Assembly: GCA_043228905.1 (NCBI GenBank)
Contig: JBHGNT010000005.1
Location: 8,122,001-8,186,000 of the forward strand
DNA length: 64,000 nucleotides
Reading direction: 5' to 3'
Source: Azolla caroliniana
Taxonomy: Eukaryota > Plantae > Polypodiophyta
Shown: positions 23,441 through 36,096 of the stretch, in pieces
Numbering within the stretch: the stretch's first letter is position 1
Layout of the letters: each line of letters starts with the position of its first letter
Program-made: the position numbers and the translations under genes
Notes under the pieces: generated by a model
Database searches by the model: none
What the model was told of the DNA's origin: nothing
Seen by the model: only the letters and a program-made list of their open reading frames with translations

Positions 23441-24535
23441 GGAGAACTCCCTCTAAATTCCCTTTTCCTGAAGATAGCTCGTGAACTGGTCGGAAAAGTA
23501 TTCTTTTCCACCATCGGACCGCAAACACTTGATTTCCCTCTCTGTTTCCCTTTCGACTAGGATTTTCAGGTTCTGGAAACAGGAGAAGACTTCACTCTTC
23601 TTCTCGATGAGGTACACCCAAGTGTGCCAACTGAGATGAAGGAGACGAAATATCGACTCCCACCCATGCTCACACAACTTGTCGGTTCCCATACATCCGT
23701 GTGGATTAAGTCAAGCCAATTCTAGCTCCGATTCTTTTCATTGGGGAATGGAAGTAACAATCGGCAACGGTTCGGTTCGGTTTAGGTTCAGGTATTTTTT
23801 AATAGTTCGGTTCGGTTTCAACAGTTAAAAACCACCTATTTTTTTCTTTTTTTCTTTTTTTTTACTTACCGGGGCCCATACATCCCTGTGGATTAAGTCA
23901 AGCCGATTTTGGCTCTGATTCTTTTCATTGGGGAATGGTAGTAACAATCAGCAATGGTTCGGTTCGGTCAGGTTCGGGTTTTTTTAAACGGTTCAGTTCG
24001 GTTTCGGTTCAGTTTCAATAGTTAGAAACCGCGGTTTAAACGGTTTTTTATTTGTTTTTTTTTATTTTAAAAAAATTGTTTTTAAATAATCTTTTCATTT
24101 TCATTCCTTATTCTCACATTTTCGAAAAAAATTTAAATTTTAAAAAAAAAATAATAATGAAATACTTTAAATTTAAATTTTGACCAAGCTGAAAACTGAA
24201 ACTGAACCACGAAACCGCGGTTTCACCGATTTAATGGTTTAACGATTTGAAAATTGTTTAATGGTTCGATTTAACGGTTTCGTGGTTCGGTTTGGTTCGG
24301 TTTAGTTTTCAAACTTTCTAAACTGTTCGGTTTGGATCCTCTCGAACCGAACCGTTGCCGATTGTTAAATGGAAGCCTATGATGCTTCCCAAGTTGACAA
24401 TCTCACATATCTGGGCCTTCCAGCCACTGAACTTTGGCAATTCAGAAACCAATTGTTTCGATTGCAGTTCTTGAACCTTTTGATAATCGATGTGGTTGAT
24501 TCGCTTGTGCCATAGGTCGATTTTGGATTCGAATC
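23441..24535 (-). pseudogene. copia (family F-like) GAG-pre-integrase/integrase fragment, split by a MITE
   Basis: IDLWHKRINHI, HTDVWG, HTWVYLIEKKSEVF, CLRSDGGKEYFS. Confidence 0.88.
23755..24367. mobile_element. Non-autonomous hAT-type DNA transposon (MITE)
   Basis: Perfect 25-bp TIR TAACAATCGGCAACGGTTCGGTTCG; 8-bp TSD AATGGAAG (23747-23754, 24368-24375); subterminal GGTTC/AACCG repeats; AT-rich core. Confidence 0.93.
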
Positions 24536-27500
24536 TCACTTTCGAAAAGAATCATGGCATCAACATCCGGTACAAGAGTTGAGATTTGAAAATTCGATGG
24601 CAAAAACTTTGCCCTATGGAAGGAGACAGGTCGAGGCCATTCGACACTCCAAAAAGCCTGCTTCAATATCAGCCGATGAGTGGAGATCAATGGATGAAAT
24701 AGCACGCTCCACCATTCGAATGCACTTAGACGAAAACATCTACTTCAACATCGTAAAACAAGTGACAGCATTCGCATTATGGGAGAAGCTACAAGTGGTG
24801 TACAAGAAAAAGTCCTCATATTGAAAATTGATCTTGATCAAACAACTGTTCAACATGAAGATGAGCGAGACCGATCCGGCTACCTCTCACATGAACACCT
24901 TCAGCCGGGTGTTGTCAGAACTCTCCTCACAAGGGATCAACTTCGAAGAAGAAGTGAAAGCCCTTGCCCTCCTATCGAGCTTGTCGGCGAGTTGGGAGGT
25001 ATTCTGCACGACATGTGCCAATAGCCGACCGATCCTAAATCTGGATGAGACGATCGGCCAAGTCCTCACCGAGGACATTCGGCGAAAATCGATGGGACTT
25101 ACCATCAATGAATCGGCAAAAGCCGATCACTCGACCGAGTCGTTTGACCGACATAGTTGAACGAGAGAACAAGCCGACAGAACTAGTCAGAATACCAACC
25201 GATCCAAAAGAAGGGGAGACCAACAACGGTCAAAGTCGAGAACATGCCAATCAGGCGAATTCTGCACACATTGTAGAAAAGCTAGCCACAATGTTTCTAA
25301 TTGTTGGTCGATCAAGAGGAAAGAGAGTGGTCGGCGATCTGAGCAAAATCTAGGCCAACCCGACTCGAACCACTCTCCAGTCCGCAAGAAAATCAACGTT
25401 GCCGACTCCGATCAGGAGAAATTCTCTCCTTAGAGGATTCAATGATCGGACAAGTCCTATACTATGCACAAGATGCACACACGTGATTACTGGATTCTAG
25501 TGCCACATTCCATGTGACCCCCAACATTGAATGGTTTTTGAACTATTCAGCCAACGCCAGCGGCATAGTCTGACTAGGCAACGGGCAGGAGTGCAGAATT
25601 GCAAGGACCGGAGAGGTTCCCATTCGATTGCCCAATGGCAACATGATCACCCTGCACCAAGTCAGGCACATACCCGATCTGAAAAGGAGTCTGGTCTCCA
25701 TCGGCATGTTAGCCGGAGATAGGTACCGAACAACTCTAAATGAGTCGATACGGATGATCAGCCGGGGAAATCTCAGAATTGGGAGTGGACACAAGTACAA
25801 TAACTTGTACCCATTAATGGCGATCAATCCAGAAGGGGTTGTGAACGTAGCCGAAAAGACCGACCCAAACTTATGGCATGGCCGACTTGGCCATATGTCT
25901 CAAGCCGGCCTTGATCGGTTGATGGCGGTTGGCTACATCCCTAAACTCCAAGCAAAGATGAACTTCCGTGAGCATTGTCAATACAGGAAACAAACCCGAA
26001 GTCCGCACTACAAGACGGTATGACAAACCCTAGAGCTCGTGCACACAGATATATGTAGGCCCATGCCAGAACAATCACTAGGAGGCTCCCGGTACTTCAT
26101 CACATTCATAGATGATTGTACACGGAAGGTCTCGGCCTACTTGATCAAGTCCAAAGACGAAGCACTCGAGGTCTTCACTCGGTGAACATCTGAAGTGGAG
26201 AACCGGTCGGGCCACAGAGTGAAGACGCTCTGATCCGACAACAGAGGAGAATATACCTCTAGGGCCTTCCAGTAGTACCTGTCCAACAAAGGGATCCGGC
26301 ATCAAAAGACCGTTCCTTACACACCCATGCGGAATGGAGTGGCATAATGGATCAACCAAACAATCTAGGAGAGGGTGGCAGCAATGCTCCAACAAGTTGG
26401 ACTAAAGCTGGAGTTCTAGGCTCAGGCATTGCAAACAGCAATATACTTGGTAAATCTATCACCGTCAAAAGCAATCAAGCTCGAAGTGCCACATGCACTA
26501 TGGTAAGGTAAACGGCCGACCTACGATAGGCTTCGTGTATTCAGATGTGAAGCTTACGCCTTCATCCCCAAGGAGAAAAGGACCAAGTTGGCACCCCATG
26601 CGACGAAATGCATATTTCTCGGTTATGGAACCGATGGGGACTTCGGCTACTGGCTATGGGACCCTGAGAACCGGAAACTAATCTGGAGCAGTGACGTAGT
26701 CTTCAATGAAGACTCTATCTTCTCTCAACAGAACCAGCAAAAAATAGTTGGTAAAAAGGTATCCTTCAAAGATGATAGAGACATTGTAGAAGGACCGACC
26801 CACCGAGCCGACTTAGAGATTCTACAAATAGTCGAACTCGAACAAGCCAACAACATACCTACCGACTCTGAATCGGTAGGGGGGCTACTCGTCGAACTCA
26901 AAGACAAAGCCATCAAAGACAAAGTTGATTCGACAAGAGTCGAACAAAGCAAAGTCAACAAGATGCGAGTTGGAAACAGAACCGAGTCGACAAAGTCCAT
27001 AGGGGAGGACAACGTGACACCACTGAAATCCCAACTCGGGGGCGAATCAACCAACAAGACTACTGACACAAGTGGCTCAACAAATGTCGAGCAACCAATA
27101 GAGATGATCGAAGGATCCGAACCATTTATTACGGCACCCAGGAGATCTGGACAAGCTCGAAGGCCAACAGAGTTTTATCAATCGGGCCTCAACAACGTAA
27201 ACTATACTGATGCAGGCGAACCAAGCACATACAACGAAGCTATGGTTGCACCGGACGTTGACACATGGCTGCAAGCCATGAGATCCGAAATGGACTCGAT
27301 TCACAAGAATCAGACATGGGAGTTGGTTGAATTACCAACTGGAAGAAAGCCGCTACCTTGCAAATGGTTCTTCCGATACAAATATGTATCTGACTCAGAG
27401 AAACCCACGTACAAAGCTCGGCTTGTCGTGAAAGGGTTCAAACAAGAAAATGGGGTCGACTACAACGAGATATTCTCACCAATAGTCAAGATGACCACCC

Positions 27501-28137
27501 TCTGACTCTTACTAGGAGTTGTGGCGACAGACGATCTAGCGCTCTAGCAAATGGATGTAAAGACGGCATTCCTACATGAAGATATGGAAGAAGACATTTA
27601 CATGTCTCAACCGGCAGGCGTCACGGCGACAGGGGAGGAAAGTCACCTTGTATGTCGACTAAAGAAAAGCCTCTATGGCTTGAAACAAGTGTCGAGGATG
27701 TGGTACCAGAAGTTCGACTCCTACATCAAGCAACTTGGATACTGCCTATCAGGCTCTGACCCATGTATGTACATTCGGCAACTGGTCGACAACTCTAGTA
27801 TTTATCTGATCCTATATGTCAACAACATGCTGATTGCAGGAAGCAATCAAGTAGAAATTGAAAAGCTTAAGCGGAGCCTTCACAACAAGTTTGTGATGAA
27901 GGAACTCAGACAAGCCTGTCACATACTGGGCACGAGGATCAAGTGAAATCAGACGACAAAGACTCTCCTACTCTCGTAGTCCGACTATATCCGGAAGCGC
28001 TTCAACATGGAGAATGCGAAGCCAGTAGAACACCACTTACGACGTTGATTCGACTATCAGACAGAGACTCTCCTTCATCGGACATAGACAGAGAGCTTAA
28101 TGGAAACATGCCCTACGCATCGGCCGTAGGAAGTATC

Positions 28138-28845
28138 TGATAGGAACTACACGCTCCCGATGAACAACGCTCGGCCACAACCGAGCTTAGAATCAAACAC
28201 AGAAAACGGAGAATGAATGCACGACATAGTGAAAAGAAGAGTACACGGGATGTTAACGTGGAAAACCCAAACTAGGGAAAAACCACGGCAACCCACAGAC
28301 TGCAAACTATCACTATATCAGAATGTACAATAGTAAAGCACCGAGGCAACGACCTCGAGCGTGCTATCTTCGCCACAGGCGGCGGTTACAACAAAGGCAA
28401 CGACCTCTTCCTCTCTCTCTCTCTCTCTCTCTCTCTGTACATTGTTACGCGCTCTCAAGTCTTCTTCCAACAAGAATGAAGACAACTCACATATACTAAG
28501 TTTGCCCTAAGTCATATTTATACTAATATGACTTTTCGGCTATTTACAAATATAGCCCCGATGGCCTCTCAGGAAACATATTTACGAATATGTCCCTTCA
28601 TCCAGTGAGCACTTCTCACCGGGCCTTCACCATCCGGCTCTTGCCGGGTACTCCTCATCCGGTTCTCACTGGGTCTTCCATAGTTGGGTACTCCTCATCC
28701 AGTTCTCACCGGGTCTTCCGTAGCTAGGTACTCCTCATCCGGTTCTCACCAGGTCTTCTGTAGTTGGGTACTCCTCATCCGATTCTCACCGGGTCTTCCG
28801 TTGCCGGGTACTCCAATCCCATCCGGAGGGACCTGTTTCCTAACA
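28138..28845 (-). mobile_element. Solo LTR of a copia A-related family (708 bp)
   Basis: TGATAGGAA...TTCCTAACA; TSD GTATC/GTATT; removal restores YASAVGSIMYAMV; shares motifs with the A LTRs. Confidence 0.92.
28647..28814. repeat. 40-bp tandem repeat (about 4.2 copies) in LTR U3
   Basis: GGTACTCCTCATCC recurs at 28647, 28687, 28727 and 28767, with a partial copy at 28807. Confidence 0.95.
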
Positions 28846-29369
28846 GTATTATGTACGCAATGGTGGCAACTGGACCTGATCTAGCCTATGTCGTAAGGGT
28901 GGTTAGCCGGTAAATGTCAAGCCCAGGATGGAAGCATTGGGAGGCCGTCAAGCACATCTTCAAGTACCTGAGTGGGACCGAAGATACACAACTGACTTTT
29001 GGTTTGACAACCTCATCCGAAGTCGAAGGCTACATTGACTTCGACTATGCCGGAAATAGGGAAAATCGGAAGTCAACATCAGGCTATATTTTCAGCTATG
29101 GTGATGGCGCGATATCATGGAGGTCAAAGCTTCAAGAGTGCATGGTCCTGTCGACCACTAAGGCCGAGTACATAGCAGCATCAGAGGCAGCGAAGGAAGC
29201 GATACGACTGCATCGATTGTCTGCCAACTTCTCATCTACAAGCCGAATCAACCGACCAGCGTTGACCATCTATTGCGACTCATAGAGAGAAATTCACCTC
29301 ATTAACAATCCCGTCTACCACGCAAAGACGAAGCACATGTACAATATCATAACGTGTACAATATCATCA

Positions 29370-30328
29370 CATCCAATAGTCCATTGTGGCCTTCCCTTGC
29401 CGCATTCCGACGTCGCCTTGACTCCCCCTGCTCCAGGAGGATTTGGAATTGTTGTTGCTTTTGTGCCTTCGGTCCTGCTCCTGTCGGCCGCCTCCATTGC
29501 GTGCCGACCCGCCTCGTCTGTCACTTCCACGAGGCTTCTCCGTCTCCGTGTATAGCATCTTACTGTCGATGTGCACACCCGTCGATGCACCCGCGTGGTT
29601 CTCTTCTATGAGTTCCATTGATTGCAACTCGAAAACGAAGGTGTATTCTCCCTTGTGCATACCGTCGTTCGGAATGCCCCGAATTTTGACGGCAGACCTA
29701 CACCATTTCGTCATCCTCGACAGTCACATTTATGGAGGCGAGGGAGTCACATATCTCCTTGATCCAAGTTGTGTAATTAGCCACAGACTAATCTTTCTAC
29801 CAAACACTACTACGCTCCTACTTGAGTTGCAACTTCATGACCATCGTGCTTGCGGCAAAGATACTCTTCAGGTTTGCCCACGCATCTTTTGGCGTCTTGG
29901 CGTCCCAGATGTAGCTCAACAACGGACCGCTCACACAAGATGCAAAGCAGTACAAAATTGTACTTGCCGCCTTTTCCCAGGTTGGGAAATCTCTGTGTGT
30001 GGACTCCGGTGTTGCATCATTAGCTCCTTCGACATAACTCTAGTATCCGTGCACAAGCAAGTACTAGTGCATCTTGTATGACGAAGATGCGTAGTTGCTT
30101 CTATCGAGCTTCTCTGTCAGAAACGAGCTGCCCATGCCTCTGTCCATGTTCTTGTTGGTCCAGAAGAAGGAATGTATTTATGTCTTCTTTCACTTTTCGG
30201 TCAGCTGTAGAGGATTCTCAACCCTCACGCTCTAATACCATGTAGAAAATAAGATGCGGAAGCATTACATAGACGGACATAGTCGATTATCCGGAAGATC
30301 AACAATTAGGTAAACACCACAGAGTAAA

Positions 30329-30392
<64 letters not shown>

Positions 30393-30737
30393 TGGAGCAG
30401 ACAACGGTAAACTTCTATTACGAAAAGGATACTCAGCACATAGGAAAGTGCTCAGAGAACACTTTATATACAAGCCGTGACAATGGGCTGACAAGTACTT
30501 GAATGCTCATTAACTCAGCCTGACACTATCAACCTATAATATTCCTATTTACTAAAATAGGAATATAGGCCCCTAATGGCATGTCGTATTCCATCCAACT
30601 CGGCGAGCCAATCAACCCAGATTCGATTCGGTTCTCGGCTTATTCAACCGATTCGGGCCTAGCCGATTGGTCTTCATCTGATCCAGCTCTCGGCTTCTTC
30701 AACCGATCCGGACCATGTTGAGCTTTTCCGCTCAACA
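29370..30737 (-). mobile_element. copia family F-like 5' portion: LTR 30241-30737, tRNA-Met PBS 30229-30240, degenerate gag
   Basis: Minus strand TGTTGAGC...CTACA, then TGGTATTAGAGC; gag homologous to 43864-44660 (FELQSM..IEENHA). Confidence 0.9.
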
Positions 30738-30749
30738 CAATATCAAGTG

Positions 30750-31750
30750 AATAAGGCATAATACCTTAAAGCTATTGGTTTTTTACATTCACTAGATAAC
30801 GAATGGTATGATATATCTATGGATTTTATTGTTATTCTACGTTGAATAGAAAGATATCATGACTCTACATGGTTTGTTGTTGATAACTAACCAAATAGAT
30901 ATATTAACTTAAACCAAGAATATGACATATAATGCTTGGCACACCAATTCCTGGACAAGTTTTTATGATTTTAGGGTTATCGATAAATGTTACTCACCAT
31001 TTCTTGACATTCTAAGTTTACTAGCAATTTTTGGACTCAAGTCTTTTAAAAGTTGGAAATTACTTTGAGCATGAGTTCCTCATATCATTCTCATTTGAGT
31101 GATGAAATTGAACGAGTCAATCAAATTATTGTTAATATGCCTCAAGTCGATATGGCAAAGAAGCCGACCAAATGAGAACAATATCTCCATTTAGTAGAGA
31201 GTGCTCTAGATGAGCCCTATGATCCCTAAACATACTTAAGGTGGATAAAGTTCTTTTATGTTGCATATGCACTTCAACAATCATGCCTTAATTGATGTTA
31301 ATTTTATCCAAAGGAATTAGGAAATATGCAACATTTTCTTATAGATTAACAAGAACAAGAATGCATATTACGTAATATAATTTCAACTCTACACAAGATA
31401 GTGCACATTTTTTATGTTGATAATAATAAGCATCCTTGTGTTTTTGTAATTTACCTCTGAATTCCAAACTTTATCTACAAGTAATTGTGCTAAGTTATCA
31501 TAGACCTTAAATAGTCCTAAAGCCTATTGGTTCATCTACTTATCTTCTCAATCTTCCCAATGATATTGGTATGCCGTTTATTTTCCATGCTTGTCTCCAA
31601 AAAGAAATTATTGTTTCTAACGACATAATAACCATAAAGATATAGTCATTCACAATTATCTATCTTCTAAGTCTCGCTCATTTGAAAAGATTGTTGATTT
31701 TGGAACTAAACACTTGAGATCCATATAAATCGTTGGAACATGTGGTGGTC
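30750..31750 (+). pseudogene. Highly decayed Ty3/gypsy integrase relic
   Basis: Fragments EWYDISMDFI, FVVD, SSSYH, ERVNQI and LNLPNDIG..IFH readable across frameshifts. Confidence 0.6.
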
Positions 31751-33927
31751 CCACGTAAGGTTTACAAGATGTTATGTGGGAGTAGTTAGGATGAGGACTT
31801 GGGTTATATAAAGGGTACTAGTTACACCCGTCATTATGACATCTTGAGGCATTGATGAGATTGAATTGGTTAGGCAAAGATGTCTTCTTTTGGATCCATT
31901 CATGTCTACTTCTAAGGTAGAAGATAAGGTAACTAACATTTGCTAGCATGGGATATGATGATATTTTATGTTTATCACGTCTTCTTCGCTTGAAGGCGAA
32001 CAATGTGGTTACGTACACTTTCTTTTTTTAAATTATAATAATCATTGTTTATGATTAGTATCTCAATTTATAATAGTAACCCTTCATATTAGACGTTAAT
32101 TACTCAAGTAAGGACAAGTGATCGTACTTGGTTTTTATTTAGTGAATGACCTTAACTTTGCAAGTTAAGATTTGGGTTTCAATCTTGCTTATGTAATTTG
32201 AAGGTTCAAAATTTTCATAAGTTTGATAATGTAATTAGGTGAATGAACTACAATTAAACCTAGATTATACCCACTAAATGTAGTTTGTGGTATTTGGGAA
32301 ATTGTGATATACTAGAATGGAGTTTTAATTATTGTCAGAGTGAATACCATGTTTGGAATTATGATAAAGCACAATTGCATTGATAATTTTTGCTTTTCTT
32401 AATTTTTGAAATTTTACTTCTAAAGAGGGAAGTATGTAATCTATGACTAAGACAATTGAATCGTTTTTTTATCTCATAGTGATACTCTATTTCCCATGAA
32501 ATTTTAGAGCAAGATCTTAATATAATATATGATTTTTTTACTAGAATAGTACTTTTGAGAACATGCTCTCTCATATCTTTTTCTTTTATGCTTGGTCTTT
32601 GCATAAACAGCCAACTGAAAAAAGGATACCTCCAATCTAAAAGCTCTTCCAAGCAACACTACCCTCGAGGCCGAAAGGAATGGTGATTTTTATATCGACT
32701 AGTGTGAGTGAATCCAATCCAAAGCCTCACATTCACAATCCATGATGGAACAGGCAACCATTTTCTTCTTTTATCTATTACAAATGTTGAGGGTGTAAAT
32801 CTTGCATGTAAAGCCGTGTGTGATTCAAGTTCAAACAATAGATTTGAAGTTGCATTCGATATCTTTAATATGAGATTATTATGTCTTTAAATTCTCTGGG
32901 GTCCTCCTAGGTAGCAAAGAATAAAAAGTTAAGTCGATTGTATAACATTCATATTGTACTTTAAGATAATCATATTGGCATATGTCTTGACTTTGAGTCT
33001 TTATACTAATAGTTAACATTCTTTCACCTTGAGAATTGGCTTTCAATTCATTGTTGATTGCAAAAAACTTTTATATTTTGACTTCTAAATCATTGAACCA
33101 ACATGTAACACATTTTTCCCCTTTAAAGTGCTTTTGTGAGATCATTTTCCACAAACCAAGGGTTGAAAACAATAGCATTGTCTTCTCATAATGGAATGCT
33201 AACAAAACTTGCAACTATATTGTACACCATGACATAGGTTTCAACCATTTCATGGCAAAGCAAGCAACATGACTCTTATAGCGAAATGCCGAAAAAAAAC
33301 TCACATGGAAAAAACATAAATAGGATATATATATATATATATATATTGATATTTGTAATAATATATTTAAGATGTTTCCAATTGAGAAAGTGCATGTGGC
33401 ATGTAATATTTAAAAAACCATATTCCCTAAGATCATCTTTACAAGTTGAGAGTCTAAGACCAAGTTGTGTAAATGTAGTTTTCATGATCAATGCTTATTT
33501 TTTGTATCTAGAATTTATTACAAGTCCTGACTCCTCACCCATCCTATATAATTGACAATTAAACAATGTTTTCTATGTCGAGAACCATAATACAAATATA
33601 TTTTTGTGCCTCTACATATAACAGAATGTAGGACCATGTTGAATCTTGATGCATTCGAGTGTTCATTGGGTAAAGATTACTTTTGCTCAGTTCAAGCTAA
33701 TATAAAGTGTATATCTCAAGTCTAAGGTAGATAATAATTAGTACAGTGGAGTAGTCGCAATCATTGCCAACACCAAGTTGGAAACAAACAAAACATTACG
33801 CACTTCATTCTTTAACAAATTCTACACTAACTTTAAAAGTTTGTTATTATTGGTTCAATAAAGCAAACTCTACAAATGCACAAGTTGTGCCCAACATGAG
33901 GACTCCAACTGTCAATCAACGTGTTTA

Positions 33928-34068
33928 TCCTATCTAATTAGTAGCACAATCATTTTAATATCAATTTTTGCCATTTCAACAAAGTCGAATGAATGGTCCT
34001 ATCTAATTAGTAGCACAATCAATTTAATATCATTTTTTGCCATTTTAAAAAAGTCGAATGAAAGGTCC
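33928..34068. repeat. 69-bp tandem duplication
   Basis: TCCTATCTAATTAGTAGCACAATC at 33928 and 33997. Confidence 0.9.
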
Positions 34069-35199
34069 CCTCACATTACAATTACCTCAGACATTATAAT
34101 TCATAAGCAAATTTAATGATTTTGCTAAACTATCTATATACTTGATTGAGTAATATTTGCAAGTGATTATATAGAAAAGGCTATATAATATTTTGCATTA
34201 TCCCACCATTTAAACAATACGAAAAATATATAACAATGTTTCACGTATAAATTTCAAAGGGCTAACTGAAACGTTGCCAACATTATGCCATATGCAATGG
34301 TATGAATTGGAGACACATTCATCTCGCGGTTCAAATGCTTTTGTCATTTGTTTGCATACTCTTCCCAAACTTATGGCATTAGATATACATACATAGTGTG
34401 GTTAAATCGTTAAGAAACTTTGACTTTTTAAACACATATTGCCAGAAACACGAGAATATCATACATTACTATGTAGTATGCAAAATCTTTTCCCTTTTTT
34501 AAAGTTATTTGCAAGTTAGTGCATTGTATTGCAATTCTACTAACTTTACACATGCAATGTGAGATGCATATGTGTGTGTGCAATGTGATTGTAGGAGGTT
34601 ATGGCACATGTGCTACTTATTTATATCTAACAATGAGACAAAAATCCATCAAAAGTGCTACGAGTGTTTGCGTGCTTAATAAGTGTGTAGGTTTAGTGAT
34701 TTCGCGATCCTATCAGTATTGTGTATTATTCAATTTCTAATATTTTAATAATCTCATTAATCGCACTTAAAATAAGAAGGAGACCAAATGAAACATGAAG
34801 CTCCAATTAATGATTTTCTAGGTCTCTAGTCAAACTAATGGCAGTCATGGATTGATGCAATGTCAATGTCAAGATAATTTGGGGTTATTTTCTTACTCCC
34901 TTGGCCTTCATAGGATGGGACGCTAACGGGATGGTCACATGATGATATATTCCCACGGATTTTGTCGATATCATCATCAAAAACAAATACAATAAAGTTT
35001 GGCCAAAACATATTATGGACAAACATGGGATATTCGTCCAACACATATCCCCCCTTGGGGCCCCGGTCTTTTGTGATGTGCGTAACATCTTTTACCATTA
35101 ACATATGAGTTTCGAGTAAAATGGGTGGATGTCTATCTCCATAGTAAAAGTGTTGAGCCCAGCTTAAGTCATAACTTTGTGCTTGTATTGTCATATTAT

Positions 35200-35201
<2 letters not shown>

Positions 35202-35231
<30 letters not shown>
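35202..35231. repeat. (GA)n microsatellite upstream of the GT31 gene
   Basis: About 15 AG units. Confidence 0.95.
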
Positions 35232-35234
<3 letters not shown>

Positions 35235-35424
35235 ATAGGAGTGGACTTAACTCCTTATACAGTCTGAAACCTCCTCAAGTGTCCAAACCTCTCTTTCCAA
35301 TCAGACCTTTTGTATAACAAATTACACCATGGTCCATGGGTCAATCCCAAAGTTCTTAAACTACTACTACTACTACTACTATTACTTCTTGTGCTTCTTC
35401 TTTTGTCTCACTTGTTCTCAATGA

Positions 35425-35995
35425 GGCCCAAATCACTAATCTGGGCATCTAATGATGTCAAGAGTGACTAATTAAGGCTTCCTAATGATGATACCCACCC
35501 AAATCACTAACCAAATCTTCGAATGATGCCCAGAGAGAATGACTAATTATGGCCTCTAATGTTGCCCAAATCACTTAATAAGACCTCAAATCATTGCAGC
35601 CCAATATATGTCCATATATTTATATATATATATTGGCCAAATAGATTAAATTCTATAAGCCTGATGTCCACATAATATATACATTCAAAATTCATGGCTC
35701 CAATGACCCAAATTAAGCAGTAATTATGACCTCTAATGCTGCCCAAGTCACTTAATAAGCCTGATGTCCACATAATATATATGCAAAATTAATGGCTCCA
35801 CCCAAATTAAGCAGTAATTATGGCCTCTAATGCTGCCCAAATCACTTAATAAGACCTCAAATCATTGCAGCCCAATATATTGACCATATATGTATATGTA
35901 TATATATATATTGGCCAAATAGATTAATTCTATTAGCCTGATGTCCACATAATATACATTCAGAATTAATGGCTCCAGCCAAATTAAGCAGTAAT
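35425..35995 (+). repeat. Complex minisatellite in the promoter/5' leader that includes the start codon
   Basis: Modules CCCAAATCACT, GCCTGATGTCCACATAATATA and ATGGCTCCA..CCAAATTAAGCAGTAAT each occur 3 or more times. Confidence 0.88.
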
Positions 35996-36096
35996 GCGGC
36001 AGCATTATCCGTGCTGCCCCAGGGTGGGCTTCCTTACAGATGGGTTGCTCTCCTCTGCATTGGAACCTTTTCCATTGGATTCATCTTCACTAACAG
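35969..36096 (+). CDS. GT31 exon 1 (cytoplasmic tail plus TM helix)
   Basis: MAPAKLSSN...[20 protein letters not shown]; donor probably AG|GCCAGT. Confidence 0.8.

Larger units (their letters stand above)
24554..29338 (+). mobile_element. Ty1/copia family G internal region (gag-pol pseudogene) with no LTRs
   Basis: KFDGKNFALWK gag start, CTHCRKASHNVSNC knuckle, LDSSATFH protease, LWHGRLGH, VHTDIC, QMDVKTAFLH, YVNN, SWRSKLQ, HAKTKH; many stops. Confidence 0.92.

Noticed and set aside
22457-23560. 367-aa host gene
   Set aside because: LINE ORF2 tail running into an antisense copia fragment
28647-28814. CRISPR-like regularly spaced repeats
   Set aside because: The whole 40-bp unit repeats with no unique spacers; it lies inside a eukaryotic LTR; no cas genes
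32350-33280. Possible decayed transposase relic
   Set aside because: Coding-like texture but no identifiable motif
34835-35194. 119-aa minus-strand ORF divergent from the GT31 gene
   Set aside because: No recognisable motif or splice structure; cannot be supported without homology or expression data
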